A stretch of DNA of 63,977 nt, the filler included, from Dirinaria sp. TL-2023a (taxonomy: Eukaryota), in the NCBI GenBank assembly GCA_051941275.1. It is 3 parts of 3 records of this genome, joined end to end, with 100 filler letters (N's around TTAATTAATTAA, not from the genome) between each part and the next. Parts side by side here need not be neighbours in the genome. Positions count along the whole stretch, not along the records: positions 22,220 to 44,294 come from JAVEBF010000236.1; 2 more parts are not named here. One strand, written 5' to 3'. Positions 25,201 to 38,801 of this stretch are shown here, in pieces (the first letter of the stretch is position 1; each line of letters opens with the position of its first letter). The notes beneath the pieces are model-generated. The model saw only the letters and a list, made by a program, of their open reading frames with translations. It had not been told where the DNA came from and ran no database searches. A program made the position numbers and the translations under genes.

Positions 25201-25642
25201 GCCGACTATAACTCTGCTGCATGCCACCGAAACTTTGATGCGAGACCGCTGGCTGGTCGAGATTATGATATGCATGTCGGTTCTTTTTCCTGTGTGGTCG
25301 AGCAGCAGCAGCCGTGTCCTCCCCCAGCCCCATGCTTCCCATTTGCGCAGAAAGTCCACCAATATTTCCATCGCTGACCGTGCCTGCTTGTCCTTGAGGT
25401 GGAAAATATCCTTGCTCTTGGGATACACCCGGCTGGGCCTGGTGTCCACTATAAGGTGTACCGCCGTATTGACCCTGCTGACCATTTGGGGGCGCTTGGC
25501 CGTACGATGATCCACCTTGTTGTTGGCCCCCAGGGGATGGAGCGATTGGAGGTCGCCATTGCGGACCAAGTTGGGCGTGCTGAGGAGGGCCGGAATTCGG
25601 AGATTGATAGCCTGCCTGAACGTAAGGATTGTATCCGGACAT
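22235..25642 (-). CDS. SFB3: COPII coat Sec24-family protein (Sfb3/Lst1-like), multi-exon
   Basis: Gln/Pro-rich N-terminus, Zn finger PPRCRRCRTYINPF...CNMC, trunk FVIDVTQEA, MKVRCSNGL, FQSALLYTTASGERRVR, GQLVLPENLK and gelsolin region FLYPRI...SYVDWL. GT-AG introns at about 24181-24229, 23691-23738, 23197-23246 and 22909-23002. Confidence 0.88.
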
Positions 25643-27685
25643 GGCTTGTTTTTATCACTATGCTCAACAGGAGGTCCGGAGCTATTGCTCGACCGAGATG
25701 TAGCTTGAATACCGGATAAGCCGACACATAGTGTTCAATAACTAGAATACCTGGAAATTGGTAAGCGCGACAGGACAACAGCGCAGCGAAACCACCATGT
25801 ACTCCTTATTACTCCCTGATCAATTGCGAATTGACCACATATCTGCCAAGACCACGGTTGGCGCTGCGAGCGGCGGCTGTCTCAGAGTCTTGGCCTTGCA
25901 GTGCCGCATTAGCCGCTCCTTTACCCTGCTGACATAAGGTACGGAACCGTACGAGTACGTTAAAATTTTTACGAACTCCTTCACTTTAGCCAGGGCAATG
26001 CTCAATGTGTCTGCTTCTTTGATCAAGTTACATTATAATTGCCTCCGATAACTAGAGACCACGATTCCAATGATGGTTCCCTTGCAGATTGTCGAAGCCA
26101 TCGCCATGACGACGTTGGTGTCATTCACTATATATAAAACAGGCCCGTTCAATACTTATACCGCACTATAGTTAAAGATGGTATGCTGATGCCATAATGT
26201 CTCAAGAAATACAACGTCTTCGGATCATAGTTCCACGCCGGAATCTTTTCCCAAATTTCGACATTGATCTCTCCAACTTTAAAAAGCCCCCTCTCCCACT
26301 TTCCTCTCTCGAATATAACAGGTTGTACTTTTCCGTTCATCTTTCATCTATTTACATATAGAGCAGAGTGAATGAGACCATTCCCAACCCCTGAGCACAG
26401 GTTCCGATCTCAAACTTTTCCGTGCATCCTTCCGACACTCGACGAAACATCCCTAGGTCAATAAGAGCCCTTTCCATCGAAGTTTCGATGTTGGGGTATG
26501 GGAAAACGTCGTAATTCTTCGTTCTGTGCGTCACTCGTAATATTGCTACGAATTCAGAGAGTGCCGTCAGAGAGGCCTGCGGCAACCGTCTCTTCCATGC
26601 CGTTTTGGGATGTGCAATGGCTGGGGAAAAGAAGAGAATCTTCTGTACCTGCTCGACAAATGAGCCGAAGGTGCTTTCGTAAGCCTCGAGCCCCTTTGAA
26701 GGGCACTGATCGTTACAAAGCTTGCTAAGTACGGCTCTAAGAATGCACGCCCTAGTGATGGCCACCGAAGTGCCCATCCCTGTGAGGGGCGTTGGGCCAT
26801 AAGCGTTGTCTGCTAGGGAGTGAGCAGAGGTGGAATGCCAAGGGATTTTACGGTAGTCATATTGCTCCGTTCCTAGGCGGGGTAGAAGAAGCCGTGGAAG
26901 CCTTGGGAAGCTTTGTGCAGATTTTTCCAGAAGTCTAAGGTAATTAGTCTTGCTGTGTACTCATACTCCAATATGAGAAGAGCGATGACACATCGTTTGT
27001 AAGGTCACGTCGAATTGCACTTTCTCCCTTCATCTCTTCTTATATCGCCCCCGAGCATGCGTCCAAGTTCACTTTAACTTTCCCGAAATCATCGAGATAG
27101 CGGTCATAGTGCTCATTGAGCTGAAAAAGAATGCTTGACTTGTATACACAAAATGTACGAGCCATTTCCATCAGCCATGAGAGGGGAAAAAAGTCGCTCT
27201 CAAGAGAAACTAACAGAACACTTTTAAGACCCAGGATCCTCCGGCGAACTTTTGTAGATACAGACTAGTTACACATAGCATAACCGAACAGCTACAAAGA
27301 GATCAGATAGAAAAAAAGAGTTGACTTGCAACATACATACTTGGATGACTTTATTGCATGCGGCTTGTAAATTTTGCACATCTGAAAAACCAGTGGATTT
27401 GAGTACTCAGAACTAAATGTTTTGTCATTTCTCTTTCCTTTCTTTCACCCACATCAAGAACGGTTAAATGGATGGGAGAAATTGGCTAACCCTGGAATGT
27501 TAGGGGGCAGAACTTAGAGGTGCCAAGACTCGCGTCTGCGCTTGGGGCTAAATAGCGACAATTTGTGTCAGGGGTTTGAACTCTCGCATGTGCCAGCACG
27601 AGGATTTGGTACTATTGCATTGCTGAGCACCAGTGCTCCTACTTTGTCGCTCCTAATTTTGAATAGTAACGAACTCCTTTTGTGT

Positions 27686-28668
27686 CTATTCAGTCGCGAG
27701 AGCGTTGATCCATTTCGCCAGTCTGTATCCTCCTTTCGCAAGCTGGAGCTCGATAATCGGGGCTGCGCCGGTATAATATGCGCCACTGAGCTCTTGGTCG
27801 GTTTCGTTTGTCTTGAGCACGTATTGGCAGTTGAAAGCATTCGCGTCCTGGGCCCAAGAAAGTGCGCAGTCAGCCTATATAAGGGGTTAGCAGGGTGCAG
27901 TCGAACTATCTAGTACACTGGAGAGCTTTGCAATGCTTACCGCAGTGGATGTATCCACGCAATCCACCCACGAAGCTTTCTGGCTGCTGTAACTGCCATT
28001 ATCTATGCGCGCTTCCAACATAGCCGCGAATGCTTCCAGTACCGAGGTGGTATTCTCCCCGCCGGCCGCTTTTTCAACCATTTGAGTATCCCAGCAAGCG
28101 TGTAGATTTGTCTTAGCGCCATTCCATGTGACATCGATTTCATTTCCTCCCAATGCCACGGCTTCATCATGGAGTGGCTGGGTGACGTCCCCAAGGAAGT
28201 GAATCAGGAACTCGAGAGCTTCCTTTCTGTGTTCTGCAGAGTAACGACCATCATTTACCCTTTGAGTCTTCGACGGAAAACCACTGTTAGTCAGGCTCAC
28301 TTGAAAATAGCGGACTTCTCGGAGGCCCAACATACATAGTTAGTGATCGCAGAGACCACACAACCTCCAGTACCGCAATCTCGGGTTGTTTCAACGCTGC
28401 AGGACGTTGGGGGATTGTCTTCGGCGTCAATGAAGTGGTACGGCGCACTGAATTTCCCTGCCTTCGTGCTCCGATATTCGTCTGCCCAGCTTGCGACGGA
28501 GGCCATCGAGACGTCATCGCCTAAGAGACCCGAAACGTAGGTCTTGGCCTGGTCTGTAAGGTAATAATTTGCTACCGTCGCGACCGTCGCATGGCCAAGT
28601 ACACCCCACGCATGAGCACTAGGAGCAGTGATCAAAAGCGCAATAGCTGTGAATGTAGGAGTAAACAT
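27686..28668 (-). CDS. secreted S1/P1 nuclease
   Basis: Signal peptide followed by WGVLGH, WADEYR, HFID, FLIHFLGDVTQPLH, GGN, NLHACWD and a last exon ending IELQLAKGGYRLAKWINALATE*. Two introns. Confidence 0.9.
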
Positions 28669-29517
28669 TGCTAAATCAGCAACAGAACTGGAAGAAAGCT
28701 GCAAGAAAAACAAGAGAAACCTCTAAAAACAATCTGAGAGGCAAATCATAGGAGAATGAGAACAAAGAGATGTATACTTAACATAAGTATCGGCGCCTCC
28801 TGACGTCGTTATCAAGCACTATCTCTGCATGCCTCATTGAGATAGTCTCCCGTGACCCTGAACCTAGACATCACACACATTGTCGCATGCGGTCCTATGT
28901 GTGGCCAACAGCCTCGAGTGGTCATGTCCATCGCTCGGTCCCGCTTGCAAACGCCTGCTCTGTTAGTACTGGCACACAAATTAGCTGTTGCTGCCATACG
29001 GCCCTTCGCACGACATCAATCGAATCACAACTTGCACAGCGATACTCGTTGAGATCTGAGACCGCCTATTGGTTTAACTGTTTGTGCGGGTAAGTAAGGT
29101 ACGCCAGAGACTTCGCCTTCCTAAACAGGTGACGTCCGGTGCCAAGACTACCGGAGCGCCAGGACTTGGCTTTTGATTGGACGGAAATGAAACGCGTTGT
29201 AAACCAATGAAATGTTCGATGCATGCTGTCACGAAACACCAGTTTAAATTGGGTGTTTCGTGTAAAAGTTTCCCCTTTAGATGCGTGTTGCCGAGCAAGC
29301 CAGGCATTGACGATGATCAAATGGGCGCTTTTGCTTGTCGAGGGAGCTATGAAAATGTCTAAAATCGGTGAACTGAGTTCATGGACAGATTGACATGAGG
29401 AACAAACGCTTGGACATTCCAAATATGACCTTTACAAGTCTATCTACAAGTAGTTTCGAGAAGGAGAATGATATATGCGATATTTAGTCTTGATTTGCAA
29501 GACCTGGGCCACAAACT

Positions 29518-30940
29518 TTAACAAGCCGTCTTCGTCACCGTGACGGTGACCGTAGCTTGCCCAATGCTTCCCCCCACTGGTGCGAGGGTAGTGTCGGGAA
29601 TGCGAGAAAAGACTTGTGTCGCCTGCACAGCGCCAGTTTTGGTGGGCTGAGCGGGAAGTACAGCGTCATGAGCGACTCGGGCTTGGCTTTGGGCGTTATC
29701 GGATCTCGAGGATGGTGTCGAATTTGGGATGGAGATGATGATGGGTCCATCTGTAGCTGATGCTGATGTCGGCGTTGTTGTGGTAGTTGGACTTTTGCGA
29801 GGTGAGCCTTGTGGGTTCGGTGACTCGGTATGCTTTGGGGACGGAGCATCTGTAACTGATGCCGAGGATGACGTCGACGTGGTATTTGCTCCCTTGGGAA
29901 AAGGGTTTTTTGGATTCGGCGACTCGGTATGCTTTGCAGATTGCGCAGATAGCGAACCATCAGGTCTGTTCGTTGGCTCGCTTTTCGTCTTTGTCGTTGT
30001 GACTATAGTCGGCTTGGGTTGGCTGGGGTCAGTGGACTGTTGTGGCTTAGGAACCGCTGCCGGGCTTTGAGTCGCGGATGAGGAGGTCGAGCCCTGGCCG
30101 AGAATTTGACTTGCCGCTTTCATGTCGGCACATTGGACCGTTATACCTTGGGCACCCTTCGGAAGCGGAAGTGCGAAACACTGCTGCCCTGAAGGACATT
30201 CTGCTAAGGCGTACTTCCCATCAATACCACAGCGGGCATATTGCCCATTGATGCACGCGACTGCCTCATTGGGGTTCGTTTCATCGCACGAAGATTCCGT
30301 AGTCATTCCAGCAAAGACCGAGTTGAAGCCCAAGGCCATGGCCGTATTACCATTGTTCGCGTTTGGGGTTTTTGTGAGAGCTGGTGACGATGGGTTGGTT
30401 GCTACAGAGCCTTGTGGTGGTGAACGGGGTTTAGAAGAGCTTGCGGACCCCAGAATGCTCGATCGGCTAGCGGCCGTTGAATTGACTGCTCTTGGCATCT
30501 GTGCCGATGTCGACCGGGGCTGTACCGTAATGCTGGATCGCTGTGACAGTATCTTTGACAGGGACTGCGATATCATTGGTTGATGCGTCTGTATGTTCTG
30601 TGTTGTCGCGGGCGATGATGTTGCGATGACTGTGGTTGCCGCTCCGGGTCCGTCACCAAAAGCAGGTACAGAGCCCACCTGCCCTGACGCCGTCAGGACT
30701 CGGTTTCGTGCGGGCGGTGTTGCTATTGCACTTTGGCTCGAAGTCGTCAGGACGGGCTGCCGGGTTAAGGTTGAGTTGAAGAACCGCGGATACCTGTTGG
30801 TCATATTAGCGGCAACCCATGCATGATATTGAGAGGTAGAATACTCACCTGTTGAGACGGCCATTATGTCTTATCAGACCAGCTGCAGCGAAATTAGATA
30901 TAGAGAGTACTGCCAGCAGTACGAGGGGGTGGAAATGCAT
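29518..30940 (-). CDS. secreted Ser/Thr/Pro-rich protein with Cys-rich CBM19-like module
   Basis: Signal peptide MHFHPLVLLAVLSISNFAAA, intron at about 30794-30848, and module C...ACINGQYARC..GKYALAECPSGQQCFALPL...VQC. Ends TVTVTVTKTAC. Confidence 0.7.
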
Positions 30941-31854
30941 GGCTACTCGTATCGTTAATGACAATAAAATTGAGAGATTAGAAGGTGTCAATATGCAAGA
31001 GATATCTAGCAAAGGAACTAGACCGAGACTCAGAAGCAAATAGAATAGAAAAAGTAATGAAAGTGACGATCAGTGAACAGCGAGAAATATTCCTCAAGGA
31101 ACAGAGGAATCGAGAGAACCTTACGCCGAACGAACAAAGAGAAGGTGAAGAACGTAAGAGACAATGACCTTGTTGGAGCTTCACAGCATGGACAAAGGCG
31201 TGCTCATAAAGACGCGATGGGCTTCCTCGCGCCCATTATCGAAACCATGAAGCACGATTTTGTTACTGCTATGAAAAGCTCGAGGTCGCCAAGAGCGAGA
31301 GAATAGTAGCTAGGCCGCGGAAGCTGGTACAAAGTCGTCGCAGGACTGGCTGACAATGACCGGAATGAATTTCGACATGGAACGCGCGATGGGACCATGT
31401 TTCGAAAATACATGATATAGGTCTGAAGACCTTCACAGGCTGGCGCTGCTCGCTGTTGAATGATCGAGACAGACTTGGGCGGTTGATGTTTCTCTTATGC
31501 TTAAAGGACTGCGTCTCTGCGCTCTCATTGGTTGATCACCGAACCCTTGACATGAGAGTGCAGTATTAAGTAAGCGCCAAGCTAAGACCCCTGACCATCG
31601 AAACGCGTGAGCTAAAGTTGCCTTATGTAGGGACCATTTTTGTACTTGAGGTACTATAGTAGGTTTCGAAATGAATTCAAGTCAATTGCTAAGGTACTGT
31701 GTACTATTACAGCTCAATAATCTACCTACAGCTAGCAGATGCATAGCAAAGAAGCTCTGTGCACCTAATTATCTTACCTAGTCCGGACTGGACAGCGGCC
31801 AACGATGGCAACCTCAACCCAAGTCTGCCGCCAGTACGCTCTAGCCAACATTAC

Positions 31855-33888
31855 CTACTCGGCAGAAGCACGCTCCGTCGCTGCTGCGCATGTGTTGTTG
31901 CTCCAGCCCAGCTGGAGATCATCCATGTACCAAGTCACAGGCCGATCGTTAACTGCTGCAAGGATCTGAATGCCTGATAGATTACGGAAGCCCGCGTCAA
32001 ATTGAACTTGCGTGAACTTGCAATTTCGTAGACCTGGGCAAGGAGGCTGTGTGACAGTCTGGAACACCGTGCGAGTGGAGGAAATAGCATCGTAGCCATT
32101 GATCGTGATAATGCAGTTTTCCGGCCCAGCATTCAAGCAACCTAGATGGGCGGAGAACGCGTCAATCCAGTACGCGCTCTCGGATGATCGAGGCCCAGCA
32201 CCGAATTCCCCAATTGATTCGTCACCCGCGTCGGGGGAAGCGTCAACATCAGTATTATTGTCGACTCGATATATTGCAAGCTGGGGCGGAGAAATTGGCA
32301 GGTACGGATCGGTTGGTGGAGGTACATAGCCAAAATGCTCTTCCCAGTAAAGCTTCCGGTACGGGTTGAAGATTGGCGGAACATCCACGTCGTTCGGGCC
32401 GGTTGAGAAATGTGGTAAGTCATCGAACTGCGTGAAGTCAGCGTCAAAGCTCCATGAACAGTCCTTCGAGCTACGTACGCCAATCGTAAAACGAGCTGAG
32501 CCGCTGCACTTTGAGGTCGGCGCTGCCGGAGTGCTTGAAGCGCTGGATGTATTCGAGAACGCAGCACTCGGAGTTATGCCGCTAGTGTGATGAGTCGCAT
32601 GAGGCACGGTACCCACAAGAGATGCAGTGAATGTGGGTTGCAAAGTCGGAATGCCAGGCTCGAATTGAATACTTGGAACCAGCAAGCTCCTAGTGGAAGG
32701 TGAGACCGTAGTAGATGAAGAGGTTGAAGGCGATGCCTTTACTGATACAGTGGGCACGATGGTATGCACGGGGCTTGGAAATGGAGACAGATCCCAAGGA
32801 TATGCTGCTAAAGTCGTCGTTGGGTGCGCTGCTGATTTCAGTATTGAGGTCTTGATGCAAGCGTGGCACACTTACCAGCAGCAGTGGCTTGCACTGCGGT
32901 ACGCGAGATATGTGTGACCTCTGAAGTCGACGCCAGACGCTGTCCATCGTAGCTGTTGGTCCAGGAGACCACGTGGCCCTCTATTGTTGCGACCACAATA
33001 GCTCCAACCTGTCGCTCGGCCAGAGACGCCGACTCTTTACCTGTCACCTGTGGCCCTAAAAATGGATAAGTGATATTGGGTAGAGGCTTATTGTGTCCCG
33101 TGCGATAAGCTGGATGTCCGATGGAACGGGCGCGGCCGCTCTCCTTCGCGCCAGATGGGACTGTGAGTAGTGTTGTCAAACTTGAGTTCCATCCGTATGT
33201 AGCGATACCAGTGAATGGCTTGGCGGCAGCTGCAGAAGTCGAAGAGGACTCTGTAAGCGTCTCAGTAAAGACCTTAGATGTCGTCCTGGTCAAGTGTAGA
33301 GTAGTGTAGCTTTCGGTCAAAGAATTCTCGGGATCAGGAACAACATGAGCGCTGGGTGGAACAGGCAGGACAGTGATAGCTTTGGTCAGGACAATGGCTG
33401 ATCCTGATGCGGGGGGTTTTTTCCCCCCAAGCCAGACGGTTGTGCCACTATGCTCAGCGAAAGAGTACGGACCTTGGTTTGCTTTCACTGAGGTGGCGAC
33501 AGCCGGGACAATGCTGACAACATCGGTATGAGTTTGGAAGCTTGTCAAGGTGGCCGTAGGCTCAATCGAAGACCCTGCGGGCAATTCGGCATTGGTGGAT
33601 GATGTTTCAAGCTTGACTGAAGAAGGAGATGCAAATGTGGTGGTGTAGATTGTCTTCGTGATCTGATGAGCGGTGACGGTAAGGTATACCGTCGACGCAA
33701 TACCACAGGTAGATTCGGACCTACTTATGATTTAATGATGAAAGATTGATCAGTTCCATGCCCTTGGCAAGAAGCAAGTTGTGCACGAGATACGTGGAAC
33801 TTGCATTTGATATGGTCTGGAGTACTCACTGTGCTACTGTAGTCGTCACTACCAGGCCGCCCCAGAACATCACCTTGGAGAGATGCAT
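31855..33888 (-). CDS. secreted Ser/Thr-rich protein with C-terminal DUF7371-like domain
   Basis: Exon 1 reads MHLSKVMFWGGLVVTTTVAQ followed by a GTGAGT donor. ORFs 32838-33584 and 31855-32871 follow. C-terminal FDDLP...PPIFNPYRKLYW...LGC...C.ITING...YMDDLQLGW...C. Confidence 0.7.
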
Positions 33889-35950
33889 TTTGATTTTGGG
33901 AGCTGTGTACAAGAGATCTTAACGAGTGACTGTAGGTCAAATGATATTACCTCTAGGGAGATGGATCTCTAATCCGTAACGAATGATCGGAAATAGAGAT
34001 CGAAGGAACGTGGAAGAGGGGCAAATGAGCGTGGATGTTGAATGAGAGATGAAGTATTGAAGGTAAGGAGGCGGAGTTGTGGACATAAACACCTCAGGGC
34101 ATCGGCTGATGTATTTACCAATCTCGGCAAGCGCGCTAAGAGATTTGATTCCCCTGGTGTTACATGCAGTACCTTCAAGTTACCTTACAAGTAATGTGCT
34201 TTCTCGGCTACCTGCTGTCTTGAGTCTCGCATCGCACTACCTAAGGTAATTGTACTCGGATATTGGCATGACACCTACTTGGTTTCGACGCGGTTGATTG
34301 TACGGTCCGTTTCCAACCGTGCTTTTGTAAAATTCGTTGCACTTCCAGTCGTGGTTCCAAACCCTGTCATTGGCTCGACACCGGTGTTTGTCTTGTATCT
34401 CAAAGAAGATCCAGGATGACATCATCGTTTTGGCAGCAAAGCAATATGGGTGCGGCTTTCTAGCTAATTGATTGCCATTGCTAGGCCTTCTTACTCCAAA
34501 GTAAAAGATTAGACGATGGCCTCGTCGAATCATCGTCAATGTCCGAGCTATTCAGATACGCCTTCAGAAGACTTTGTAACGAACTATTTTCAAAAACAAT
34601 TGAGGAGAAGGCACACCAGCCATGTCAGGCCTCCAGTACCACGCTGGGCCAAGCCGGGTTTCAAAATACAAAAATGTTAATGGAAAGTAATATGTGTCGG
34701 TGTTGTATCAAGCCGCTCGGAAACCGTCCTGTATCTCAACAGCTGCACCATAGGTACCATCGTATGGCTTTAAAAGGGGTTTGATGAGACAATTCCATTA
34801 CCATCAGCTGGATATTGAAGAGTAGCTGCAATATTAGCGTCTACCTCATCGTATCCCCTCATCTTGATCACCAACAGTCGCATATCGAGTTCGAAGGGTG
34901 ATATAGAGATTTGTTTGACTTGGTTCGCAACGGTTTCCAATGCTTCCAACGCCAATGAATGCAAAAGACAAGATTATACAAAGGTATAGCCTTTATCTTG
35001 GTTTGCAATCAGTACTACGTTCTCTACGTTCTCTTGTTAGCCAGTTCGAAGGCAATCGTATCGTGGCCCACCAGCTGTGGGAGGCATGTTGTGCAAGCTG
35101 GAAATTGGAAGAACGATTGCGTTTCGGGATTGCAGTATTGCCTGATAATGGACTGAGACCTGCAAGAAAGGCAAGGTCTGTAGCGTTGAAAAAATTTGAT
35201 GTGGAAGTGATCTTATTGCTGCAATCAAAGCCTTTCCCAAAAATTTACTACGTCTGCTCTTCAGCTCAACCAATTCACCGCATATCGCTGCTGTAGGGCA
35301 ATTGAGTCGAGGGCAATGACGTTCCCAGATACTTCTATGGTTTTCACAGCCGTAATGAACAGTAGTGGCCAAGCTGAACTTTGATTGAGCAGCGATCCGA
35401 ATTACATAGTTCGTAAGTGTGGCTCGTGCAGTGGGTGTGGCGTCCGATGATCAGCCACTAACGGCGCTTCTACTCTTGTCTGAAACTATCCCCAACAGCC
35501 AAGTGCATTGATCGTTGTCTCATCCAGAGCATTGGTCCGCGCAATATGCGCTCCAAGCGATATATGCGCCGCCGAAAGTAGCTTCAAGCAAGCATTCTCA
35601 CCCCACATGATACACCGAAGACAAGGCTTCGAAGCATGCGAGGCTAGTCCCTTACATTGGTCTGTCAGACGGGGACGGCTCGTGGTCACTGCTCGCGTAC
35701 GGGAAAATGCATGATATGCGCGCAAGACGATACTGCTCGCTGTTGCTAAATCCATCTGTTCCAGGGGAAGTCGGTCGCTGTAGAAGAAATCTGACGGCAT
35801 GATGCTCGCAGCGAAAACCTCTCCCCAAGTATATGCAATCTCTCTTGCTGTTCAGTTTTCCACACTCTTTTGCAGTCCTCGTCGCTTCACTATTCCATCA
35901 GTCCTCGGAGGACCTTTCATTCATTTTCCTCAATAATCTTGTATTCAGAC

Positions 35951-37939
35951 ATGATCTACTTACTTGCGCGCCTCCTCGTTGCTTTCTCTTGGTCTTTGCT
36001 CGTCAAGAGCTCCCCCACTGTCGATGCAAACAGTTTCAAGTATGCAGGACATAGAGAATCTACCACATCTAATTCCGTAAATCAAAGATGGCGGACAAGT
36101 TCGAGCAAGCCCCCTAAGGACGTTTCTTCGCCTTCAGGAACGCTTCAAGTCTACGCCACCACGAGCAGACCCTACATTGCGAAAGACCTCCCACAAGGCG
36201 CTACATCTGGAAACAGCTATGGTCCTCAGGAGCAAACAAGTTCCAAGTTTGGCGCCTATCGTCTCCCAAACGGTACGGCCTCGTCTTCCTCGTATGGTTC
36301 GCAAGGAAGCGGAGGAACTGGAATAGTGCATCCGTACGAATGTTCGCCAGGAACAGGGTATGCTGCTGTCACTAGTACGCAGACCGTGACGACCATGGTT
36401 ACCAATACGCAGACCGTGACGACGATAATTACGAGTTCCCAGACCATCACTAGCACCCAGCTATCCACTGTAACACAGACTAGTAGCACAACTACAACTA
36501 TCACAGCCTATGTTACCACAACAGTCACTACAACTACAAATCTAAATACTGGAAATCAAGGGCTGATACCAGGCACTGGAGGAAGCTCACCGCCAACCAA
36601 CGTTCCTTCATACGTACATACTGCAGGCCAATCTGGTCCATTGCCTGAAGGTACCTCGCAACCATTGGTTCCAGGTGGACCAACTAGTCAAGTTAGTAGT
36701 TCTATGATACAGCAATATGGTAACAATACATTGTCTGGAGGAGGTAACCAACTCAACCCACAGCCCACAGGCCTTGGTCCTACATCACAAGCCCTGAATC
36801 CAGGCACTTCGGCGAGCCAGGCGCCTTATCGAGGCTCGTCAAACGAGCCTTTCCCAGTATTTGGTACCAAAACTTCAGGATTTGTTCCATCGGGTGGAAG
36901 CTCCTCAGGAGGGATTTATACTTCTTTTGGTGCTAACGCTTCTGGCGGGCAATATCCTGCGTCTGGTACTAATCCGATGGCTTCTATTGCTAAGGGCACA
37001 GGGCTGCCAAACTCGTCAAACTACCAATTTGGAACAGCTCCACCTTACAAGACTTCAATGAAGAACTCTACATTGCAATTTCGGCCGACTGGCGCAACCA
37101 GTTTGAAGCCGACCATCTCACCGATAGGCAGTGCCACACCGTTGATCACATCTCAAGCTGGCGTCAATACGCCCATCAATTCTAATGCTTCAGTATCCGC
37201 AAAACTATACAATCCATCGAATCCATCCCATCCAGTGAACGCATCAACAACTTCACATCCGATACCTCAAACTTGCTCTTCCCCCTCCACAGCAACTGCC
37301 ACCGGCTACGTACGTACCTGCTGCCCACTTACTCCCCTTTCCTTCCTACTACCATCTTCCTTCAACTCGCTTCTGAAACAAGTCCAATAACACCGTATAC
37401 TTTAGTTCGATGGCCTCCCCTTCGCACCCCTCCCGACCCCTTACCTCTCCCTCAATTATACAACCTTCTCCCCAGTCAACGCCACGCCCTCCGAGCACCT
37501 CCTTTCCAGCCGCAACCCACGCAAGCTTTCCCTCCCAACAATTCCCGACCCCGAAACCAAAGCCTTCACCATTGGCTTCAACATGCGGCACCTAACCGTC
37601 TCCTGTTATCCGCTACCTGCAAACCTCAGCTGCACGGTGAACATTTGGGGCTTAGAAGCTCCGCATACGAATACCAACGGGGCCGCCGCTGCGGGAATAG
37701 CGAGCATGAGTATTTTGGTGCCGTCCTCGACGGTGACAGGGATTGTAAATGGGACGGTGGGCGAAAACATTGCCAGGTACGGGGTTGGAGTGCCGGTGGA
37801 TTTCACGGGGGCCGGATGGTTGGGGCTGACAAGCCTAAGTTTTGAAGCCAAGATTGATGGGCCATGGGGCACTGGGGATGGACGAACGGGGGTTGCTATA
37901 GACAATGTATCGTACGAGGCGATAACTTGTCCAGAATAG
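35951..37939 (+). CDS. secreted Ser/Thr/Gly/Pro-rich protein with a C-terminal domain resembling that of the divergent neighbour
   Basis: Signal peptide MIYLLARLLVAFSWSLLVKS and Thr repeats (TQTVTT). A phase-0 intron at 37310-37405 leads to FDGLP...PYLSLNY...SC...CTVNIWG...IDNVSY, in frame to the stop at 37939. Confidence 0.7.
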
Positions 37940-38283
37940 ACGCAGCTATGTACAAATCAAAAAAAATTCAGGCATAAGCGGATTCCTGGTAGAAAGAGCA
38001 ATTGATCCTCGCGATTTCATACTCCAAGGATGAGTATATTTAGGTAGTTTTGCCGAGATCCAAACCCACCACTTTCCTCACCTCGCACTGCACAGCCAAA
38101 TTCAATGGGACGCCGGTTTGGCATTTCCATACTACTAGTATAGTGCTCCGTGATCAAGCGCTTGACCGCTTGGCCGATCTTATAATGAATTAAGATACTT
38201 CAGTCGCCTGCTTACAGCAGCTACACTGTCTTTGGGAGAGTATGAATATCCGAGTCCGATATCTTCATTTCGCCAAGCTTTCA

Positions 38284-38306
38284 AAGTTCGGCGAACCTCC
38301 GAACTT
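38284..38306. promoter_or_regulatory. candidate Zn2Cys6 binding site (AAGTTCGG-N7-CCGAACTT)
   Basis: Perfect 8-bp inverted repeat with CGG half-sites, inside a CGG/CCG-rich stretch (38250-38447) about 500 bp upstream of the amidohydrolase. TATA-like ATATATAAA at about 38612. Confidence 0.45.
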
Positions 38307-38801
38307 AATGAAGCTCGGATGGACTTGCGCTAAATCTCGGATAGACATCTGCCCCTGGTTTCTTTTGCGTGTTCCCGAAAATCGGACATCGGTGATAAGT
38401 ATGGCTTCGGCGGGCTAGTGCACCATCCGATCAACCTTCCGTCGGGTAGCTCAATTGAGATGTAGTAATCTTTCAAAGTCAATTAACCATTATGCATAGG
38501 AGGCATATCGAGACATCCTACGAAGTTTTCAAAGAGTCGATAGTGCGCGGATGGCGTCTGCTCATCCCGGTTTTCAGTGTGCTTGTTCGGTCTCCCGAAC
38601 TATGAGAATGATATATAAAGTAGGTGACAGCTCCACGAACAATGTCTCCCAACATCGCAAGTTTCCACATTGCAGAATATCAGCTTCTTCTATCAGTAGC
38701 ACTTTATTTCATACAGTAAAGCTTTCCAAGTCGCAGCACATCAGCTTCTACCACAGCCTATATTATACGTCTACCCCTTGAAATATCGGACCTTAGCCAT
38801 C

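Noticed and set aside
26352..26777. 141-aa minus-strand ORF between the Sec24 and nuclease genes
   Set aside because: No recognisable motif or splice context; insufficient support.
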